IMG/VR virus record: IMGVR_UViG_3300037153_000324
Span: 10,374 to 74,373 of that record
DNA: 64,000 nt
Origin: a virus
Strand: one strand, 5' to 3'
Positions 57,256 to 64,000 of the stretch are shown here, piece by piece. The translations under genes and the position numbers were made by a program. The notes beneath the pieces are model-generated. The model was not told the origin of the DNA and ran no database searches. It was given only the letters and a program-made list of their open reading frames with translations. Position 1 is the stretch's first letter, and each line of letters opens with the position of its first letter.

Positions 57256-59469
57256 ATGATCGTTGACAATTTCATCTATCTCAACATTGACGAGCTTACG
57301 GAGCGCGAATGGGACAAGCTGCTCCGCTCGTTGACGTTCGAGCTTCCCAATGGCGACGTAGCCGTGGGCTATCGGCGCTATCTGACCAAGGGGTATTTCA
57401 AGCTTCCTCGCGGTGCCTGGTACCTCCTGCCGAATCATGTTCGCTATCACGACAAGCGCGTGGCTCCGGAGATGCCAGAGCTAAATTTCACTTTGAAGCT
57501 GGATGACACGGAGAAGGATGAGCGCTTCGCCGGTCAGGTCGAAGCCCTCAGTGCAATGTTCGAGAACGAGCAGGGGCAGATCATTCGACCGCCTGGCTGT
57601 ATTTCGGGTGATGCCGTGATCGAAGTCAATCGGGGCGGAAAGAGCTTCAAGACGACGATGCGTGATCTTGTCATGCGCCTGAACGGCGGGAATGTCCATT
57701 GGGGCCGAAAATGGGATCTTTCAATTCCGACGATGATCCGCGCTCGTTTCCCTGACGGAACCATTCGCTTGACTGAAATCAAGGATTCGTGGGAGTCGGG
57801 CAAGAAGGCTGTCTACGAAGTGAAAACGAAATCGGGTCGAGCGGTCAGAGCGACGGCAGATCATCCGTTCTTGACGAATCGTGGATGGCGGAAGCTGTCT
57901 CAGCTTCGGGTCGGCACGAATGTCTATGTCGATGGCGGCAAGATGAAGTGGACAGGAGAACGAAAGAAGCTTGTCTATCGTGAAATTCAAGGGTTGGTTG
58001 GTCATCCTTATGCTTTGGAGCGCCCGCACAAGGGTTATGCCCGTTGGTCGTGCCCCGCTCATCGGATCGTTGTCGAAGCCGACTTGAACAAGCTTGCGCT
58101 GGGTGAGTACGTTGATCGCCTGCGGGCAAATGAAATCAGCGGGCTGACGTTTCTCGATCCGGCTGTAGTCGTTCATCACAAAGACAACGATCCGACCAAC
58201 AACAAACTCTCCAACTTGGAAGTGAAAGAGTCGCCTAGTGCTCATGCTGTGGAGCATGGCGTAAATGGCGGCTGGCGCAGGGTAACTGCTCGTACCTCAA
58301 TTGAGGAAATTGTTTCGATTACAGAGATTGGCGTCGAGGAGACGTTTGATCTTGAAGTTGGAGATCCGAGCAATTACATTGCGAATGGGTTTGTCGTTCA
58401 CAATACGGGAAAAACCCAAGTTGCACTTGCGTTTGCTGCGGAGTGCCGCACGCGGACGCTTGTGCTTGTTCACACGGCCGACATTCTCAAGCAGTGGGTG
58501 GAGTACACCGAGAACGCAATTCCTGAGCTAAAGGGAAAGGTGGGTGTAATTCAGGGCAAGCGCTGTCAGGTCGGCCACATCACGATTGGAATGGTGCAGT
58601 CACTCGTCAAGTACACGCATGACAAGAAATTCTGGCAGCAATTTGGGTGTGTAATCGCGGACGAAGCACATCACGTCGCTGCACCCACATGGGAAGGCGT
58701 GCTCAACTCCTGCCCTGCGTATTACCGTTTCGGTTTCACGGCTTCTGCCACTAGAGCGGACGGAATGCATCCCGCAATGAAGTACATTCTCGGCCCGATC
58801 ATTTACCGGCAGAAATTCACCAGTCCGGTCAAGCTGGAAGTGGTGCCTGTCAAGACGAATTTCTATGCCCCGTATCGAGGGCGCTTTGACTGGGGAAATA
58901 TTCTTCGTGCCCTGATCGTGGACGAGGAGCGCAATCAACAAATCGCAAAGGTGGTAGACGATGAAATCAACGCCGGAAACAGTGTCCTCGTTCTTAGCCG
59001 AAGAATTGAGCATCTTGGAGCAATTGCTGAGGCTATGCAAGCACCAGTCGAAATTCTTACAGCAAGGCGTGGAAAGCATAATCGTGGACGAATCCTTGAC
59101 CAGTTTAGATCGGGGGAAATTCGATGCGTTCTTGCTACGCAACTTGCTGACGAAGCTCTCGACGTGCCAAGACTCAATCGAGTTTGCCTTGTCCACCCTG
59201 GAAAGCATGAAGGGCGAATCGTTCAGCAGATCGGACGGGCACTAAGGCAGCACCCCGACAAGAAAGATGCTGTAATTTACGACTTCTACGATCCGCGTGT
59301 GGGTGTGCTACGGCGACAGTGGGATCGAAGAAAGCTCGCGTACCGGAAGAACAAAATTTCAATTAGAAAGCGAGGCTCACTGTGGCTGTCACACGGGCGG
59401 CGAACGGACAGTACATCGTCAAGACAGAAGCCGAAGCTAAGAAAGCGCTTACGCTTTTCCAAAACATGA
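57256..59469 (+). CDS. SF2 (DEAH) helicase, intein-interrupted
   Basis: PPG|TGKT, DEAHH, TASATRADG, ALDVP.L, QQIGRALR. Confidence 0.9.
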   Translation: MIVDNFIYLNIDELTEREWDKLLRSLTFELPNGDVAVGYRRYLTKGYFKLPRGAWYLLPNHVRYHDKRVAPEMPELNFTLKLDDTEKDERFAGQVEALSAMFENEQGQIIRPPGCISGDAVIEVNRGGKSFKTTMRDLVMRLNGGNVHWGRKWDLSIPTMIRARFPDGTIRLTEIKDSWESGKKAVYEVKTKSGRAVRATADHPFLTNRGWRKLSQLRVGTNVYVDGGKMKWTGERKKLVYREIQGLVGHPYALERPHKGYARWSCPAHRIVVEADLNKLALGEYVDRLRANEISGLTFLDPAVVVHHKDNDPTNNKLSNLEVKESPSAHAVEHGVNGGWRRVTARTSIEEIVSITEIGVEETFDLEVGDPSNYIANGFVVHNTGKTQVALAFAAECRTRTLVLVHTADILKQWVEYTENAIPELKGKVGVIQGKRCQVGHITIGMVQSLVKYTHDKKFWQQFGCVIADEAHHVAAPTWEGVLNSCPAYYRFGFTASATRADGMHPAMKYILGPIIYRQKFTSPVKLEVVPVKTNFYAPYRGRFDWGNILRALIVDEERNQQIAKVVDDEINAGNSVLVLSRRIEHLGAIAEAMQAPVEILTARRGKHNRGRILDQFRSGEIRCVLATQLADEALDVPRLNRVCLVHPGKHEGRIVQQIGRALRQHPDKKDAVIYDFYDPRVGVLRRQWDRRKLAYRKNKISIRKRGSLWLSHGRRTDSTSSRQKPKLRKRLRFSKT
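57598..58404 (+). mobile_element. Intein (269 aa) with HNH endonuclease
   Basis: CISGD start, TADHPF block B, VHHKDNDPTNN.LSNL, NYIANGFVVHN end, +1 Thr. Confidence 0.92.
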
Positions 59470-59897
59470 AGGATGAAATTGACGAGATAAAGAAGGAGTC
59501 CGGTATTGACGAGATGGAACTGGATTGCGTCGAGCTAAAGCGAGCCGTTACCGCGTTCATGGTCGAGAACAGTCTCGACCGTTTGAATTTCAAGAAGGGT
59601 TTTCACGGCACGCTCGTCCGGGCGACGTATGGCGCGACGTGGATTGGTGAGCGCAGCCAGCTAACGGACGATGCGCCGGGGTATGCGGTACCGCTCAAGG
59701 AACTGCTCACAAAGAAATTCAAGCGCAGTCCTGATAAGGCTAAGAAGATGTGGCTACGTTTGACGACGAGAATTCCTGATCCCATCAAGATTGAGGAAGC
59801 CATTGCCGAGGGTGTAATTACAGTGCAGGATGTGGCACCGGCATGGTGGGAAAAAGACAAGTCCCCATATCTCCGGATATTTTCATCTGATGATTAG
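59382..59897 (+). CDS. Hypothetical protein (Gam-like?)
   Basis: N-terminal coiled coil; family unsure. Confidence 0.45.
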   Translation: MAVTRAANGQYIVKTEAEAKKALTLFQNMKDEIDEIKKESGIDEMELDCVELKRAVTAFMVENSLDRLNFKKGFHGTLVRATYGATWIGERSQLTDDAPGYAVPLKELLTKKFKRSPDKAKKMWLRLTTRIPDPIKIEEAIAEGVITVQDVAPAWWEKDKSPYLRIFSSDD

Positions 59898-60201
59898 GAA
59901 GAAAACGAAAACGAAATTGAAGCTGAATGAGCTTCCCTACGATCAGCAGTTACCAAGGCGTAGGGATCTTGCGTATTTGAAGCCGCCGAAGTTCAAGCAG
60001 TACGTGACCATTCGTGAGCTTTCAGATATCGTGGAAAAGGACATTTCATGGATTCGAAAGCTCGAACGGGACAACAGAATTCCAAAGGCGTCTCGGGTCA
60101 AGCGTGGTCGTCTCGAAGTCCGGATGTGGAGTCCGGAGCAGGTGGACGAAATCGAGCGGATCATTGCGGGCCACCACAAGGGACGACCGCGCGGCTCTTG
60201 A
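59890..60201 (+). CDS. MerR-like HTH DNA-binding protein
   Basis: TIRELSDIVEKDISWIRKLE...IP...R...R.WS.EQV; C-terminal KGRPR. Confidence 0.7.
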   Translation: MIRKKTKTKLKLNELPYDQQLPRRRDLAYLKPPKFKQYVTIRELSDIVEKDISWIRKLERDNRIPKASRVKRGRLEVRMWSPEQVDEIERIIAGHHKGRPRGS

Positions 60202-60236
60202 AATCCCTGCAAATTGCCCTTTCGCGAAATTGGAAC

Positions 60237-60264
60237 TTGACGGCTTGACAATTACTGCTAAGCT
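60237..60264 (+). promoter_or_regulatory. Putative promoter
   Basis: TTGACG-N16-TAAGCT with extended -10 TG. Confidence 0.5.
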
Positions 60265-60315
60265 GTGCGGGTGGTCAATTCCGGCCCGATGAAAGAGAGA
60301 GAAGGAGGCAAGACG

Positions 60316-61173
60316 ATGGCAGCAAGACTCGCGGATCTGAGGGCACAGGCGAAGCGCCTTGGAATTCCCTCGTCCGAGATTCGCAGTGCGTCGAGCGTGC
60401 GTGAGCTTCGTGACCTGATCGCGGAGTACGACACTCCCAAGCGCACTGTCAAGCGCACTGTCAAAAAGGCTGTCGCCAAGAAGGCGACTGCGAAAAAGCA
60501 GCCCGTCCGGAGGGGTCGGCCCCCGAAGGCCAAGGCTGTGACCACTCGCAAGGCCGCACCTGCCCGGTCGCGCAAGAGCGGCACGGCGAAGCGACGGCCC
60601 GCTGCGAGCGGAAACGGTGACGGAAGGCATCTGCTCGGGCGCGTGAATTACAAGAAGCGCTGGAATGCCCGTGAGGGTAGCGCTCCCGACCAGATCATCA
60701 AGGCGCTGGCGAAGTACAACGGCGACCGCGAGAAGGTCTACTCCGTCCTCGTCAAGCGCGTGTGGGATTTCACCAACAAGATCAAGCGCGATGGCTCGCG
60801 GCGGACTCTGCCCGAGGCGCAGCAGATGTTGAAATACCGCATCGCTCGCACGGCTTGGGACTTCGCGATTCAGACCGGCCAGCACGACAAGGCCACGGAT
60901 CGCGTCGAGTACGGCACGGGCGGCACCGGAAACGGTACGTGGAAGCCCGTCACGGCGACTCGCAAGGCGACGACTCGCCGCAAGGTGTCAACGACTCGCA
61001 AGGCATCGACCGTCAAGAAGGCAGGAGCGGCCCGTAGAGGCCGTCCTGCCAAGGCGGCGGTCGTGAAGCGTGGTCGGCCTGCGAAGGCGGCAGGAGCCAA
61101 GCGAGGGCGTCCTGTGGGCAGTAAGAACAAGACCACGACTCGCGCTCGCGGTCGTGCAGCGGCTCGTCGGTAG
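60316..61173 (+). CDS. Histone H1/HMGA-like basic protein with four AT-hook motifs
   Basis: K/A/R/T-rich arms; RRGRPPK, RRGRPAK, KRGRPAK, KRGRPVGSKNK; AAGGAGG SD. Confidence 0.75.
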   Translation: MAARLADLRAQAKRLGIPSSEIRSASSVRELRDLIAEYDTPKRTVKRTVKKAVAKKATAKKQPVRRGRPPKAKAVTTRKAAPARSRKSGTAKRRPAASGNGDGRHLLGRVNYKKRWNAREGSAPDQIIKALAKYNGDREKVYSVLVKRVWDFTNKIKRDGSRRTLPEAQQMLKYRIARTAWDFAIQTGQHDKATDRVEYGTGGTGNGTWKPVTATRKATTRRKVSTTRKASTVKKAGAARRGRPAKAAVVKRGRPAKAAGAKRGRPVGSKNKTTTRARGRAAARR

Positions 61174-61179
61174 AAAAGG

Positions 61180-61217
61180 CTGAAAAACCCCGGCTGAAAT
61201 ATTCCGGGGTTTTTCAG
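61180..61217. terminator. Bidirectional terminator
   Basis: CTGAAAAACCCCGG / CCGGGGTTTTTCAG perfect 14-bp inverted repeat. Confidence 0.8.
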
Positions 61218-61268
61218 TTCTCGAAATGTCCCTAGGACAAATTCTCATCCGACAGTGAAGGAAATTAC

Positions 61269-62282
61269 ATGCAACAGAAGGATATGTACATCGGTAGGGT
61301 GGTCGAAATCGTCAAGGTTGGACGAGGCGTGCGCAGGTTGACCGGCGTCAAAGCTCGCATTGACGATTTTGGAATTCCAAGCTCGTCCTTCTCGAACCGT
61401 CACGATGAAGTCCAAATTACAATTTTGGACTCGGACGGTAATCCGGCTACTGTTTTCGATTCCACGACGGGCAATCATGTTTTCAGGATGCGCCGTGTGC
61501 TCTCGCGTGAGATAGTCTCGGTTGATGAGGCCGACGCATTGCGCGAGGAAAAAGCTGAGGCTGAGCGTATCCGAATTGAGCGAGCCGAAAAACGGCGTGC
61601 GTTGCAAGAGCATTATGAAAATGTCCTGGCCGAACTGGGTTTCGAGGAGAACGAGGTTTGGGTTGTGGCTAGGAGCAACAACAATGGCGAACCTGAAATT
61701 TCAATGTTGAGGTTCAGTGGCAACGGTGCTGAAAAGTTGCTCAAACTCCTCTACAACGGTGAGCAGGGCGAGAATGCCGACTAGAATTGCAGTCATTCTC
61801 GCCTGGTCGGCTCTGTTCGTATGGGGCATGGGTTGGAGCGGCTTGTACTGGGGGCCAATTTCATTCGGGGTAGTTGCGTTCCTGTGGTATCTTGTGTCGG
61901 ACACGCTTCACGTAATCAAGAAGGGTGTTCAGGGACTTGCAGGAACCCACGTCACGAATTACAACTTGAACGTGGAGGAGCCAGCAATCAGGGGAGAGCG
62001 CATCAACCCTGATCCGACCGGCCCGGAGATTTACCCGGCCGTCATCGAAGGGAGAAGGTACAAATGAAATATCCGCCTGTCGAGGAGATTCTGAATCGGG
62101 TGTATAGCCCGGATGATTTCGATGGACTGCCGCTCGTCATCGTGACTGAGATGGAGAACATGGGCGGCTTTGAGGTTCCGGTCGAGGGTATGACGCTGCT
62201 CGGCCCGAACTGCGTCTATTACAGCCGGACGCTGACCCGTCCCCCGTGTCCGCCGATCCTCTATCACGTCTGCCTCAACTGA
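61269..62282 (+). CDS. Three hypothetical ORFs (61269-61784; 61774-62067, two-TM; 62064-62282)
   Basis: ORF track, SD sites. Confidence 0.5.
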
Positions 62283-62382
62283 CCGCTAAAGGAAATTTGA
62301 TAGCGCATGCTAGACTTGACGTGGTGAGTGAGCAGGCCACCCTACTCACTCACCAAACGTCAACCGAGGTAAGGAGTCCGAA

Positions 62383-62901
62383 ATGAAAAAGCGAGCTACA
62401 GCCAAGATTGGCAGCGATGCGGTCAAGGGTGAATTCTTTTTCTGGAAGCCACGACCCAAGAAATCGCGCTCGACGTGGAAGCCGCCGCTCCGGAAAAAGC
62501 GCCGGTTCAGTCATATTCAGTCCAAGGCTCAGACGCCGTGGCTAGTGCGCGACGAAAACGAGCGGATCAAGCTTGAAATGGAGCAGGCCATCGCTGAAAT
62601 TGTAGTGCCGGATGGCTGGACGAAAACGGGTGATGCACTAGGTGGCATCGTCGTTGCTCGCACCAAGGGCGACAAGCGGATCAGTCGTGTAATTGATCCC
62701 GATGGAAATGTGATGAGCGAGACAGCTTTCACCGTTTCACCGCCCACTACTCAGACGTACACACAGACTCTTACGCGGCTGCTCAAGGAGGGAGACAAGC
62801 ATTTTCTCCGGTGGGCAGTCACCAATCCCGAAGCTCGCGAGCTTGCGATCAAACTCGGAGTGAAATTGCCAATCCGCAAAAAGACCCGAAAGGAGCAGTA
62901 G
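62383..62901 (+). CDS. Hypothetical basic protein
   Basis: AAGGAG SD; preceded by the 11-bp hairpin TGGTGAGTGAG/CTCACTCACCA. Confidence 0.55.
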   Translation: MKKRATAKIGSDAVKGEFFFWKPRPKKSRSTWKPPLRKKRRFSHIQSKAQTPWLVRDENERIKLEMEQAIAEIVVPDGWTKTGDALGGIVVARTKGDKRISRVIDPDGNVMSETAFTVSPPTTQTYTQTLTRLLKEGDKHFLRWAVTNPEARELAIKLGVKLPIRKKTRKEQ

Positions 62902-63207
62902 TTGTCCAGGTTTATTCTACTGTCGTCGGCTGTGGCAACATTTGTTGCGGCGCTCGCACTTGCGTTCACGGCGGCGGCGCATGCTACAGCGAATTACAAA
63001 TGGTCGCATGCACAGGAAGCTGCTGTGCTTCAAGGCTGTATTAGCAACGGTCGTGGAAATTCCAACCTCTTCTGTGTCTGTACGCTGCGCTGGTTGGAGC
63101 GGCGTTATTCATGGAGTCGGCTTGCGACGATTTATCTGCGTCGGCCGGTGTACTACACTGGTGTAATTGCTGTCAACGCCTCCCGTGCCTGTATCGCCTA
63201 CGACTGA
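62902..63207 (+). CDS. Secreted Cys-containing protein
   Basis: Signal peptide ending AHA; four Cys. Confidence 0.55.
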   Translation: MSRFILLSSAVATFVAALALAFTAAAHATANYKWSHAQEAAVLQGCISNGRGNSNLFCVCTLRWLERRYSWSRLATIYLRRPVYYTGVIAVNASRACIAYD

Positions 63208-63217
63208 GAGGAAACAA

Positions 63218-63686
63218 ATGCACATTGTCGCAATTACATTTCCACAGTCCGAAAATCCGGAGGACAGCATCACGGAGTATTTCGGCCCGTTCGAGAATTC
63301 TGAGGAGGCCGAAGATTTCATGAGGGCCGTCGAGAACGTGACCGGCGAGCAGGGTTGGAGCTTCCTGATTACTCCGCTCGACAGCCCAATCAAGACGCTG
63401 GCGGCGTTCACACAGAGGGCGAGGAGTCTTGGCTAGGTTTCGACCACTGACGCAGAGTGAGCTTTTCACGCTCAATGATCGGCTCAAGCGGCTGTTGAGA
63501 ACGTCTGACGGTTGGCTGACCAGTCCGGAGCGTGAGGCAATTACAAAAGCGCAGGAGTGCATTGAGTCCTTGTCGCACTACTCGAACAGTGACGAGAGCT
63601 TGCCTGGCCGAGAGCGTGCGTGCATCATGAAATTGCAGGATGAGATGCGCGAGCGTCAACGGATCGAGAATTACCCGTACGGTTAG
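63218..63686 (+). CDS. Two small hypothetical ORFs (63218-63436, 63429-63686)
   Basis: SD sites, coupling. Confidence 0.45.
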
Positions 63687-64000
63687 GGCAGTGCTCGAAT
63701 TTCTTTTCATCTGGACGGCCGTTTGTCTAGCAGCGGCCGTCCTTTTCATTGTGGTTGGACTGCGGAGCTAAAAGGTAATTTGACACACGATGCTACACTG
63801 TGCGTAACGAAAGGAGATGATCGAGATGAAGCCCGAGTACGTCAACAACACGGCGAGATGCAAACGGTGTGGCTCCGAGAACGTGACTTGGCAGCACAGT
63901 CCGAAGGGCAAGTGGTATCTCACCGAGGTTTTCAGGAATGAGCGCAGCGAGCTTGTCACTGACTACCGCGATTTTCATTCGGAGTATTGCGATATCCCGG

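Noticed and set aside
1-64000. Alternative genetic code or prophage/host boundary
   Set aside because: Genes are full length under code 11 and all three stops are used; no integrase, att site or host housekeeping block is seen

Overview
A 64-kb, essentially all plus-strand segment of a tailed dsDNA phage with a contractile (myovirus-like) tail. Gene order: terminase, portal and head (0.9-9.4 kb); accessory virion proteins and neck (9.5-18.7 kb); sheath, tube, tape measure, baseplate and fibres (18.8-33.5 kb); envelope-directed genes including a collagen-like protein and Rpf (33.6-37 kb); a putative origin and replication/recombination block (DnaB, primase, SSB, HU, DnaE, RecA, resolvases, intein-containing SF2 helicase; 37.2-60.2 kb); and small accessory genes. 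No integrase, tRNA, rRNA or CRISPR array was seen. Rpf and the HU type suggest an actinobacterial host, possibly Thermoleophilia/Gaiellales (inference). The most unusual signals are as follows. (1) A candidate phage 'chromatin' system: genome-wide enrichment of AATT-core words (GWAATT/AATTWC) with apparent absence of TTAA, alongside an HMGA/H1-like multi-AT-hook protein, an SSB with a long acidic tract plus AT-hooks, HU, and protamine-like mini-proteins in the head operon. (2) Two structured ncRNA candidates of about 350-400 nt flanking HU, plus an Hfq/Sm-like gene. (3) Two free-standing homing endonucleases inserted at gene 3' ends with a recoded duplicate of the host C-terminus. All product calls come from motif recognition by eye and all motif counts are manual; no database search was run.
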